NCBI GenBank assembly: GCA_017609645.1
Contig: JAFCDQ010000003.1
Location: 148,846 to 212,845, forward strand
Origin: Candidatus Woesearchaeota archaeon
GTDB taxonomy: Archaea; Nanobdellota; Nanobdellia; Woesearchaeales; ARS49
Direction: 5' to 3'
Length of the DNA: 64,000 nucleotides
The position numbers and the translations under genes are program-made. Positions within the stretch are counted from its first letter, which is position 1. Each line of letters starts with the position of its first letter. Positions 1-9,253 of the stretch are shown one piece after another. Under the pieces are notes generated by a model. The model had not been told where the DNA came from and did not search any database. It saw only the letters and a list, made by a program, of their open reading frames with translations.

Positions 1-975
1 ATAGCCTTTTAGGCTGCTAAATCTATTTTTTAATTGCTCGTGATTATAATCTATTCCTGTATCTATAACTGCTACATTAACTCCCTGTCCTTTTGTTGTT
101 TTTTGAGCATCATATGCTCCGATTTGCATTAAGTTCCTGTATTTTGTGAGAACATCATTTTTTGTTTTGATTTTTGGCAGTTTTATTATTTTTGCTATTG
201 ATGCATCAAACTGTTGTTTGAGTTCTTTTTCTACTTTTTTCTCGTCTTTTTTCGGGCATCTTACATCAATAAATGGTATGTTTTTGTATGAGAAAGCAGG
301 CAGGCTTAATGCTGTTTTGATTGTGTATAATATTTCTGCTGCGTGTGTTTGTCTTGAATTATTTACTAATACTCTACCAAGTTGTTTTTTGTCTTTTTTT
401 GGCTTGTTTCTTTTTCGTAAATTAAAGAAGGTAAACAATTGTTTTGATATAAAGGAGTCAAAATCCAGTTTTGTATAAGTTCTTATTAATTTTTCAGCAT
501 GTTTGTAATCAAAATTTTGCAGATAATCTATTAATACCTCGTGTATTTTGTGTGAAAGTTCTACTCTTGAGCCGCTTGTTCCAAAAAATCCTTTGAAATA
601 GTCAGGTATTTGTTTTAATCTTAAGTCTCTTCCATACAAGACTTTTGTTCCTTTGTCTGTTACAAGGCCTAATTGTGTGTGATCTGTTGCATGTCTTGCT
701 AATAATTCTAATGGATTTTCTGTTTCTGTTATTGAAACTCCGCTGCTGTTGCTTATTCTTAGTCTTCCTTCTGAGTCGCATAAAGTTATTGGTATGTTTT
801 TCTTTAGAACATGATTTTCTAGTTTTGCAAATGTTTTCTTTTTCTTTAATTGTTTTATTTCATCTTTTTCAAGTCTTTCACTTAATCCAAGAGTTCCATG
901 AAAGTCAAATATTGTTTGCTTGTATTCATTTGAACAGATATATAGATCTTTTTTGTTTTGTATGATGTATATCAT
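1..975 (-). CDS. Subtilisin-like (peptidase S8) serine protease, N-terminal 325 codons; the gene continues beyond the window start
   Basis: I checked by hand that the minus-strand frame is open from the ATG at 975-973 down to position 1; an upstream in-frame stop lies at 1035-1033. Residues encoded at 1-120 read GQGVNVAVIDTGIDYNHEQLKNRF, the canonical subtilase Asp-box (DTG). About 300 aa precede the Asp box and there is no obvious signal peptide. The six-frame track misses it because it is truncated. Confidence 0.6.
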   Translation of the reverse strand, partial: MIYIIQNKKDLYICSNEYKQTIFDFHGTLGLSERLEKDEIKQLKKKKTFAKLENHVLKKNIPITLCDSEGRLRISNSSGVSITETENPLELLARHATDHTQLGLVTDKGTKVLYGRDLRLKQIPDYFKGFFGTSGSRVELSHKIHEVLIDYLQNFDYKHAEKLIRTYTKLDFDSFISKQLFTFFNLRKRNKPKKDKKQLGRVLVNNSRQTHAAEILYTIKTALSLPAFSYKNIPFIDVRCPKKDEKKVEKELKQQFDASIAKIIKLPKIKTKNDVLTKYRNLMQIGAYDAQKTTKGQGVNVAVIDTGIDYNHEQLKNRFSSLKGY

Positions 976-1112
976 GTATTTTACATAGATTCTGTCTTTA
1001 AAACAATCTTCGACGAGAAAACAGTAAAATATTCACGTATTTTCTATTTATTTTCAACAATTAGTAAAGATTTTTCAGAATTAATGCTTTTTTCTGAAAA
1101 TTTTCCTAAAAA

Positions 1113-1120
1113 TTTAAATA
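1113..1120 (+). promoter_or_regulatory. Candidate TATA box (TTTAAATA) 22 nt upstream of the ATG at 1143; the transcript is probably leaderless
   Basis: It lies inside AAAAATTTAAATA (1108-1120). The same 8-mer sits at the same spacing upstream of the genes at 36227 and 49035. Confidence 0.3.
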
Positions 1121-1142
1121 TTACTTGCTAATTTTCCTATTT

Positions 1143-1727
1143 ATGACAAAAATTTATCTTATCAGGCATGGCGTAACGCAGGATAACTTAGATAAAAGAC
1201 ATCAAAGTAGTTCTACCCCTTTGAATGAAACAGGTTTAGAACAAGCCAAAAAAGTAGCTGAAAAACTTAAAGATCTAAAAATTTCAACAATTTATTCTAG
1301 TCCTTTTGTTCGTGCAATGCAGACTGCAGAAGTAATTGCATCTCACCATGAATTAGATATTATCAAGGTTGATAATCTGCGTGAAAGATCTTTTGGTGAT
1401 TTTATAGGTCTTACTAGAAAAGAAGTCTTAAAAATTATGCCTGATATTGAAGAACAATTTAAACATCAAGGAATGGATTGGAAAGCTCCTAACGGAGAAA
1501 GTATGAGAGAACTTCAGTCAAGAGTTGTTAAAATCTTTAAAGATTTAGCAAATAAGCATGGTGATGAGAATATAATTATTATAAGTCATGGTGCTACTAT
1601 TATTACTCTTTTAATTCATTGTCTAAAAGTGCCTATTGAAAATGTTTTTGCTATTCGTCCCCTTGGTAATTGTGAAGTTATTGAAGTAGATTGGAACAAA
1701 GGTAAAGCTGAATTAAAGTATGAATAA
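1143..1727 (+). CDS. Histidine phosphatase superfamily protein (phosphoglycerate mutase / GpmB / CobC-like)
   Basis: N-terminal IYLIRHGVTQDN is the RHG catalytic motif; a later ISHG motif is present. The track start at 1125 is a TTG; the ATG at 1143 matches the family N-terminus. Confidence 0.8.
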   Translation: MTKIYLIRHGVTQDNLDKRHQSSSTPLNETGLEQAKKVAEKLKDLKISTIYSSPFVRAMQTAEVIASHHELDIIKVDNLRERSFGDFIGLTRKEVLKIMPDIEEQFKHQGMDWKAPNGESMRELQSRVVKIFKDLANKHGDENIIIISHGATIITLLIHCLKVPIENVFAIRPLGNCEVIEVDWNKGKAELKYE

Positions 1728-1738
1728 TCAGAAAATCA

Positions 1739-2365
1739 TTAATTAGTCGCTATATTCCTAACTAATCTAACCTTTGCTACATTGCTTTTGCTTAAGAACT
1801 CTCCATCTTTTGTGTATATCTCAAAAAATGCTGTGTATTTATCTCTTGGATAATATCCAATGTATTCATCATATTTGTTTGCATACCCAAACACAACATA
1901 TCCTTCTATAAATGCAGTGGTGATTATTTGTTCGCATGTTGGAGGATCGCTTTCATATTGGTTTTGTGCGCACATTTTTATGACGAGATTTTCTACTGGA
2001 TCATATGGATATGGTCCGAATTTCCCTTCATATGTTCTTATGATATCGTCATAAAGTTGTATCTCTCCATACATCGTAGAGGGCGTGAATATTCCTTGTA
2101 CATAAAATTGAATATCATTTGGCATTAATGCTTTTTGTACTTCTGTTTGCATTGGCAGTTCATATACTCCTGGCAAAGTGCCTGCTTGTCCAACTGAGAC
2201 AATTTGTTGTGTGCCAAATAATCCTGGTATTGGCTCCCATGCTTCTATTATTTGCTGTCCTGTTCTTTTGCCTAGAAATGAGTCGCTTGTTGATGCTATA
2301 CCAAGTAAAAGAATTATGACAATTAAAGCTCCGGATGTTACACCAACTTTTTTTACTCTTTGCAT
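1739..2365 (-). CDS. Secreted or membrane-anchored hypothetical protein; last gene of the surface-protein locus
   Basis: 208 aa with an N-terminal hydrophobic segment (GALIVIILLLGIAS). It follows the giant-protein gene on the same strand. Confidence 0.5.
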   Translation of the reverse strand: MQRVKKVGVTSGALIVIILLLGIASTSDSFLGKRTGQQIIEAWEPIPGLFGTQQIVSVGQAGTLPGVYELPMQTEVQKALMPNDIQFYVQGIFTPSTMYGEIQLYDDIIRTYEGKFGPYPYDPVENLVIKMCAQNQYESDPPTCEQIITTAFIEGYVVFGYANKYDEYIGYYPRDKYTAFFEIYTKDGEFLSKSNVAKVRLVRNIATN

Positions 2366-2404
2366 TTTATCCTCCTTAAGGAATGTGTTTTTTTAAAGGT
2401 TTTG

Positions 2405-5400
2405 TTAATAATTGAATATTTCATTTACTCTGTTGTATTTTTCATTTATCATTTCCAGCAGTAATTCTTCTGTGCACACATAATCTTTGTATGCTCTGCA
2501 TTCATCTATTTTTTCTTGGTATTTGTCAAATCTTGTCAAGCCTATATTACTCGCGACTTTAAGGAAGTTTTCTTCTAATGTTAACACTCCCCAAAGATCT
2601 CCATTGTCTGCTAGATAAATCCATAATTTGTATTCTTCTGGCAGAACATTTCTCATCAATGCAAGGTCTGACTCTTCTGTGTATAAAAGATCTTTTTTCA
2701 CTTGCTGTTCTCTTTCAATTATGCTTTTGCTGATTAAATGAGCAGGAATTTTTAGAGTTTCATTTACATATTGTTCCATACGGTATTTGCCAGTTTGTTC
2801 TGGAGTGATGCTATCTAGGGCAGCAATAATATTATTTAATTGTTGTAGTTGATATCCGTGATGAATATCTGATAATTTTGCTTTGTAAGCTTTTATTTTT
2901 CCTTTTAAGTATTGGAGATTATCGGCCATATTTTGTCCTGAAACATAATCTTTTGAATTTTTCAAGATATCCAAAATAAATACTTTTGCATCATCTGCGG
3001 TTTGAGTGTATCTTTTCATCTCAGAGTTTAATGCTTTTGGAGATGGTTTTACAGCAGGTTTTATTTCTCCTTTAAACTCCAATCTTATTAATACTACACT
3101 GGTTTTTAGATTTTCTTTGACTATTATTAGATTATCCAAACAGTTCTGCTGATAATTATTCATGCATTTCCTTAATTCCATGTCAAAGGCATTCATTTGT
3201 TTTTTCCATTCATTATTCAGTTTTAAATCATTTAATGTTTGCGGCAGTTCATAATAATTTTTTTGAAGTTCTCTTAAGAATTTGATTTCTGTTTTTTGAA
3301 TTTGATTTTTTGTTGCCTGTCCTGCATTTCGTTTGATTCTTAGTTCTTTTTCAGCGTCTATATTATTGAATAAGAAATTTAGAGTGTTTTTAAAGTAAGT
3401 TATTTTGCCTACATACAGCATTGCTCTTATTTCTATTTCTGCTATTTCATTTATTGTTTTTTGTATGTTTTGCTTAACACTTTCTTCACTTGATTTCTTC
3501 AATATGTTTTTCTTTAAATCATCTATTATTTGTTTTTTTGTTGCTAAATTTTTCATGAATTTGTTTATCTCTGTTAATTGTGATGTTGTTTTAACTGATT
3601 CCAATAGTTCTGTTATTTGTTTTTCTGCCCTCGCTAATTCTGTAAAATAAGTATTTATGTGGTCTCTTGCAGTATCTGCAGGAGTGTAATATTTTCCAGT
3701 TTGTATTGCAGGCAGGACTTCTTTTAATTGCCCTCTTGCAGACTTGCTTTTTGCAATTATTGTATCAATCGCTATTTCTTTTATTTTTGCTATTGCTTCT
3801 CCTTCGCTTGCTTTTGGAGGCAATGCCACTCCCGTTAATCTCTCTGCTTCTGTGAGGACTTTTTCTTTTTCTTTTTGTGCATCTTCAATTAAATCTATGA
3901 CTCCTTTCAAATAAGCTTTGATGTCAGCATCATTTTTCTTAACTTCATTAAATCTTTGCAGTTTTCTTGTTAATATATCAAGTATTTTTGCTAAATCATC
4001 TGCTTGGAGTTTTTCAGTTTCTTTTGCTAACGCATTATATTTATCTATTAATTCTAAGAGTTTTTCTTCTACTTGTGATTCTAATGGTTCTGCTTCTCTT
4101 TCTATGTAATTTGTTATGTCTACATAGATTTTTGCCATGTCTGTTTTTTGTAAAAATACATTGATATTGTCGCTTATTACTTTTTCATCATTAATATACC
4201 CGTCTAGCGGATCTAATGCTTGTCTTATTTGGAATAATAAGTCATTTGCTGTTGCTTCTTCAATAATTTCTTTTTCAGGAATCTCGCATACAACATAGAA
4301 TTCTTTTTTCATCTCTACTGGAGAGCCTATTACAGGGTCTATGCTTTGCATTGATGTTGGATTGCCGTATTTGTCTGCATCATATGCCTGGAATATGACT
4401 GTAAATCTTTGAGGTTGATATTTTGTTTTTGCATCTGCACAGATATCTCCTGCAATTGTTTGTATTATCTTGAATTCTTTTCTTTTTCCTTTTATCTTGC
4501 CTATTTTGTCTTTTGCAGGAAGGTTTATTACGACTTCTATGTTTTTTGCTTTATCAATAAATACTATTTTTGTTTTATAATCTCCTTTGTCAAGATTTAT
4601 TCTTTCTGTGTATTCAAAACCATATGCACTATTTTTTACTTTGTCTTCTAAATCTTTTGATTCATGAATTCTATAAACAAGTTCTCCGTTTTCTTCATCA
4701 ATTACTAAAAGATATGATATGCTTGCTGCATAAGGTTGTTTTTCTTCTCTAATTATTTTGAATTCTTCAAATAATTGCAGTTCTCCTGGACGAATAAAAC
4801 TCAAGCGAATGTCAGATTGTGATAATGTGTCAGACATTTTTGCTGTTTCTTTGTCTTTGTCCCATTCTAAAATTCTCATGCCGATGGTTTTCTCTCCCAT
4901 CCATTCTTTTGTTACAAATATATTTCCTATTCCCGCATCTAATGTGCTTACTGTATAATCTCCATTAGTGTTTAGTATTGTTTTTCCAGCAAATGTTTCA
5001 CTTGCAGGATCTTTTTGTGTAACTATTCTTCCTTTTGCATCTTTTATCTGCCATGCTAAGAATTTATTGTATACTGGTTTTGGAGGACTTGGATAATCCT
5101 GGCTTATTGCAAGTTCTGCTTCAAACTTATCTTTTATAGTGAATATTGTTATTTCTTTTTTGTTTTGTTTTATTGTATGAGGTGCTTTGATTGTTAAATC
5201 TCTAAACATTACTCCTCCTTCTTGTTCTCCAAATACACATCTAAAGCTCAAGGTAAAGAGGTCAAATGCGCAAAAGTTTGGAGGATGTGTTCCTGTCTGA
5301 CCTATTGAACAAGTTACTGAATCATCTCTGAATTGTCCGTTTGGATCTGTCCAGCTCCAGGATAATTCTGCCGTGTCATATCTAACCATGCTTTGGTCGC

Positions 5401-8400
5401 CTTGTAATGGTATGAATAATTCTTTGTTTAATATATCATATTTGCTTATTGTTCCTGCTATTTCTGGCGGAGTGACTTCTAATTCTTTTTCTCCTTGCCT
5501 GCAGTCGCATTCTCCTTTAAGGAAGCCGTCTGTTTCTTTGCATTTATATCCTTGGCTGCATTTTAATTTTAATCTTAAGTTAAGATCGCTTCCTGGCGCG
5601 ATCATTATTCCAAAATGATAAAGCCATTTTGCTGATCCTTTTACAGGATAACTTGATGGATCATATCCTATGAATCTTCTTGAGCAAGGGAATATTACTG
5701 CTGAGCTGTCTATTGGTACTTCTTCTAATGACATATCAAACAGAACGTCTGGATCTAGGCTCCACGTGCCTGTAAATGCAAATGAGCACATGCTGTGCAC
5801 TAACTTCCTGTCTACAAACATTGCTTTGTATAATCCTGTTCCGCCGTATCTTTCTTCTACATCTCTGCCTACATTACTCGCTGATGTTGTTAATGCTGTT
5901 AATACATTTTCTACGCCTCCTATTTCTACTCTTTTATTTGCTTTTGGCATGCTGTATTTTTCTGAGAAACATTTTACTACATTAAATATTAAATCACACA
6001 CATATGTCTCTAGTACTGCTTGGCATACTCCTTCGCTTCCTTCTCCTGTTGTTCTTACAACATCAAAGCAGTTTTTGGATGCAGTTAGTATGTTTTTCCA
6101 TAATTTCAAATTAGCTACCATGCCTGGCAGGCAGATGCATTGTCCTGAACGCAATAGTCCACTTGATGGTCTGACAATGTATTCTTTGTCTTCTGAACCT
6201 ATTTTTGTGATTATGCTTTCATATAATTCTGTGGCTCTTGCTTTTGTTATGCATGAAGCACCTTTGCCTGCTGCAGTACATAATGCTTTTTGGAATCCTT
6301 CAATATTTTTTATTTTTCCTGTTGCGTAATATTCTTCTATTATTTCTGGTGTGAAGAATGTGTCAGCCTCTGCTGCTTCTAGTTCTATTGCTTCTAGTTT
6401 TGCATTTAAGTAATGTCTTTTTCCTTCTGCAATTATTCCTGATTGCTCGCTTTTTTGGAAGTTAAGAACTTCTACTACATATCCTAGTTTTACTGTGTAA
6501 AGGCTTGTTGATTTTGTTAAGCTCATTAGCACTTTTTGTTCTTCTGTTAATGGTATGACAAACACATAGAGCATTTGTTCTGGGCTGAATTCTGATAATC
6601 CTAATTCTTTTATTTTATCGTCACTAAACTTCACAATCTTGTATGTTTCTGGTGTTGGCCCTCCTTTTGCTTCGCAGAATCCTGCAACAGAGTTCCATAA
6701 TTTGTTGCATTCTACTTTTTCTTTGCCTACTTCAAATTTGTTTTGTCCTACTCTTTCTGAACTTAGGCATGTGCTTTCTTTTATTTCGTCAAATGTGTCT
6801 AAAAATTCTAGTTTACTTAGTCCGCATGCGCTGCCCCAGGTGTCCATGTATTCATATCCACAGCATTCTGCAGTTGCTGGATGAATTCCTGAGCAGCTCA
6901 GTCCTGTTATTTTTTCTTTTTCTCCGTCATCTTGATGTTTTAGATAGTTTCCATATATTTTTTTTACTTCGTCATTGCTAATCATTAATTTTCCTTTTAC
7001 TCCTTTTTTGTTTTGTTTTATCCATGCCGCACAGTCACTGCCTTGGTATATTTTCCCGTCAATGGCGTATTTTGCTGTTTCTGCATTTTTTGGAATATTT
7101 TTTATCTCGCTTATTCTGTTTTGCTGTCTTTTGATGTATGTTTGTAATGTTGGGGCGTCTGGACAAGCTACTCTGTCACATACTTGTTGATAGATTGATT
7201 TTACTTGATTATAAGTTTCTACTGCATCTTGGCAGGATTTACAGTTTGTTTGTGTTTCTCCTGTGTAAATTTCGCACATTCCTGATTTTGCTATGTTTGG
7301 ATTAAATCCTTTTCCTGATAGGAAACTTGCTGCTGCATTTAATTCGCAGTTTAATGTTTTTTGAACTTGAAAGACATACATTAATACATTTCCTGCTAAG
7401 CAGCCTATTGTTGCTACTTTTCCGACTGTTTCTATTGGTTTTAGTATAAAGTCTATTCCTTTTATTATATCTCCAAAACGCCTTGATAAGAATTCTAATG
7501 CTCCTGATGGTATTATGTCAGCAGGGATTAGTTTGTCTATCATCATTTCTTGTTCTATGCATATTTTTTGTACTTTATTCTCGCTTATTTCTTCTTCTAC
7601 ACTTTCTCCTGAGTATGGATCTGTTACCCATCTTTTCTTAACTTCTTGGAATGGAATCTCTAACTCGAGCATAAATCTTCCGCAGCCAAATCCTGGAACA
7701 AGGCAGTTTCCTTCTCTATGATTGCTTAATTCCATTAACCTGTCTGAGGTTAGTGCTTCTGGATCGTCTGAAAGTAAGTCTAGTGGATTAAAATTAAATT
7801 GTATATATCCTTTTACTTTTTCATTTTCATATCCTCGAACAGGTGTTGCTATTGTGTTTATGTTGACCCATCCATTATCATATTGGTTTGCAACTGCTGG
7901 GCTGAGCATCATTGCATTTGCTTTTATTGCGTTTGATCTTAGTCTTATTTTGTTTACGCCTTTGTATTCTAGTTCAAATGCAAGTCCTATTTGCTGCATT
8001 CCTTCAAACATTAATCTTGGAGTTAGTATATCAGGTATTGGTGTTGAGATTCGTGATTCAAACCACGTGCCGTAACCGCATATTGCATATTCTACTATGC
8101 TTTCTGGTGTTTCTGTCATTAATCCTACTGCATCAACAGCCTGTAATTTGATTTTGTTTGCATAACCTCCTCCTGCTTGCAGTGTTGCTCTCATTTCACT
8201 TGAGGTCATGCCTGCTCCTGTTGTTTTTAGAACAATTTGTGCTGCAAATGTTCCATCATTTTCTGTTAGAACTGTTTTTTCTGCTTTGCCGTTCAAGAAT
8301 ACTGTCACGCTTGCTTTTTCATTTAATTTTCCTCTTACTATTACTGCTTTTTTGTATGAAGGGGTTAATTCTTCGAGATTTGTTTCAATGAATTGAGGAG

Positions 8401-9253
8401 GTCCTGAGTCATACATTATTTCTTTCTTTGTGATTGTTCTAAATCCTGCTTCATCTTTTGCAGTTATGATTACTTCATTTTTTCCTTCAAATAAATCTAT
8501 TGGGATTGTAAAGTTTCCTTCAACACTTTTGTTTTTTGTTCGTGATTCATCACTATCTTCTTTATTGATTTGTATTATCAGTGTTACTGGTTCATTCACA
8601 TATCCATTAAGTTCAATTATTTTTTGGGTCGTTACATCTTCTATTTTAATTTCTAATTGAGGAGGTTTTGTGTCAACTTTGACTGTGAATTCTTTTGTTA
8701 GTTCCTGTCCTCCTATATTTATTGCAGTTATTTTCAATTTGTTTGTATCTTTTGTTAATGCTATGTTGGTTATTGTGAATAATTCTTCTTTTGTCAGGAT
8801 GTTTTTCTTTTCTATGCCATTAACAAATACTCTTATTGTTGTCTCAGGAATTGTTTTTCCTTTTATCTCGATGCTTGTGCTTTTTGCTACTTCAGGCACA
8901 TCTAAATCTAGATAGAATTCTTTTACTGTGAATGTTCCTTCTCTCAATGCACAATCAGGGGTAAGCAATTCTGTGCAGCTTAGTATTTTATAGACGTATT
9001 CTCTTTGTTCTGTATTAAATGTAAATTCATGATGTGTTTTCTTGTCTTGGTATGCTTCGCCTAAAATTTCCTTAAAAGAGCCGTATCCATATTCAAATGT
9101 TGCATTTGTTGCGATGTCTGTGTTCCAGGATACTGTTGTTGTGGTTTCTGTGTGTGTGAAAACTACATTTGTGATAAAATCAGGTTGTGCTAATACTGAT
9201 ATTGCTAGTGCTATGATAATGAGGATCATGATGTTTTTTATTTTTATTTTCAT
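2405..9253 (-). CDS. Giant secreted surface protein (2282 aa): signal peptide, FN3-like N-terminal module, Cys-rich central region, about 900-aa K/E-rich coiled-coil C-terminus
   Basis: Single uninterrupted ORF. The N-terminus MKIKIKNIMILIIIALAISVLAQP is a signal peptide, and TVSWNTDIATNATFEYGYG is an FN3-like start. The C-terminal third is heptad-like and Lys/Glu-rich. Its start overlaps the stop of the upstream pilin-like gene by 4 nt. Confidence 0.8.
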   Translation of the reverse strand: MKIKIKNIMILIIIALAISVLAQPDFITNVVFTHTETTTTVSWNTDIATNATFEYGYGSFKEILGEAYQDKKTHHEFTFNTEQREYVYKILSCTELLTPDCALREGTFTVKEFYLDLDVPEVAKSTSIEIKGKTIPETTIRVFVNGIEKKNILTKEELFTITNIALTKDTNKLKITAINIGGQELTKEFTVKVDTKPPQLEIKIEDVTTQKIIELNGYVNEPVTLIIQINKEDSDESRTKNKSVEGNFTIPIDLFEGKNEVIITAKDEAGFRTITKKEIMYDSGPPQFIETNLEELTPSYKKAVIVRGKLNEKASVTVFLNGKAEKTVLTENDGTFAAQIVLKTTGAGMTSSEMRATLQAGGGYANKIKLQAVDAVGLMTETPESIVEYAICGYGTWFESRISTPIPDILTPRLMFEGMQQIGLAFELEYKGVNKIRLRSNAIKANAMMLSPAVANQYDNGWVNINTIATPVRGYENEKVKGYIQFNFNPLDLLSDDPEALTSDRLMELSNHREGNCLVPGFGCGRFMLELEIPFQEVKKRWVTDPYSGESVEEEISENKVQKICIEQEMMIDKLIPADIIPSGALEFLSRRFGDIIKGIDFILKPIETVGKVATIGCLAGNVLMYVFQVQKTLNCELNAAASFLSGKGFNPNIAKSGMCEIYTGETQTNCKSCQDAVETYNQVKSIYQQVCDRVACPDAPTLQTYIKRQQNRISEIKNIPKNAETAKYAIDGKIYQGSDCAAWIKQNKKGVKGKLMISNDEVKKIYGNYLKHQDDGEKEKITGLSCSGIHPATAECCGYEYMDTWGSACGLSKLEFLDTFDEIKESTCLSSERVGQNKFEVGKEKVECNKLWNSVAGFCEAKGGPTPETYKIVKFSDDKIKELGLSEFSPEQMLYVFVIPLTEEQKVLMSLTKSTSLYTVKLGYVVEVLNFQKSEQSGIIAEGKRHYLNAKLEAIELEAAEADTFFTPEIIEEYYATGKIKNIEGFQKALCTAAGKGASCITKARATELYESIITKIGSEDKEYIVRPSSGLLRSGQCICLPGMVANLKLWKNILTASKNCFDVVRTTGEGSEGVCQAVLETYVCDLIFNVVKCFSEKYSMPKANKRVEIGGVENVLTALTTSASNVGRDVEERYGGTGLYKAMFVDRKLVHSMCSFAFTGTWSLDPDVLFDMSLEEVPIDSSAVIFPCSRRFIGYDPSSYPVKGSAKWLYHFGIMIAPGSDLNLRLKLKCSQGYKCKETDGFLKGECDCRQGEKELEVTPPEIAGTISKYDILNKELFIPLQGDQSMVRYDTAELSWSWTDPNGQFRDDSVTCSIGQTGTHPPNFCAFDLFTLSFRCVFGEQEGGVMFRDLTIKAPHTIKQNKKEITIFTIKDKFEAELAISQDYPSPPKPVYNKFLAWQIKDAKGRIVTQKDPASETFAGKTILNTNGDYTVSTLDAGIGNIFVTKEWMGEKTIGMRILEWDKDKETAKMSDTLSQSDIRLSFIRPGELQLFEEFKIIREEKQPYAASISYLLVIDEENGELVYRIHESKDLEDKVKNSAYGFEYTERINLDKGDYKTKIVFIDKAKNIEVVINLPAKDKIGKIKGKRKEFKIIQTIAGDICADAKTKYQPQRFTVIFQAYDADKYGNPTSMQSIDPVIGSPVEMKKEFYVVCEIPEKEIIEEATANDLLFQIRQALDPLDGYINDEKVISDNINVFLQKTDMAKIYVDITNYIEREAEPLESQVEEKLLELIDKYNALAKETEKLQADDLAKILDILTRKLQRFNEVKKNDADIKAYLKGVIDLIEDAQKEKEKVLTEAERLTGVALPPKASEGEAIAKIKEIAIDTIIAKSKSARGQLKEVLPAIQTGKYYTPADTARDHINTYFTELARAEKQITELLESVKTTSQLTEINKFMKNLATKKQIIDDLKKNILKKSSEESVKQNIQKTINEIAEIEIRAMLYVGKITYFKNTLNFLFNNIDAEKELRIKRNAGQATKNQIQKTEIKFLRELQKNYYELPQTLNDLKLNNEWKKQMNAFDMELRKCMNNYQQNCLDNLIIVKENLKTSVVLIRLEFKGEIKPAVKPSPKALNSEMKRYTQTADDAKVFILDILKNSKDYVSGQNMADNLQYLKGKIKAYKAKLSDIHHGYQLQQLNNIIAALDSITPEQTGKYRMEQYVNETLKIPAHLISKSIIEREQQVKKDLLYTEESDLALMRNVLPEEYKLWIYLADNGDLWGVLTLEENFLKVASNIGLTRFDKYQEKIDECRAYKDYVCTEELLLEMINEKYNRVNEIFNY

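Noticed and set aside
146-965. Plus-strand ORFs 146..478 and 645..965 from the track
   Set aside because: Low-complexity F/L/S-rich translations that lie antisense to the verified subtilase reading frame; they are shadow ORFs.
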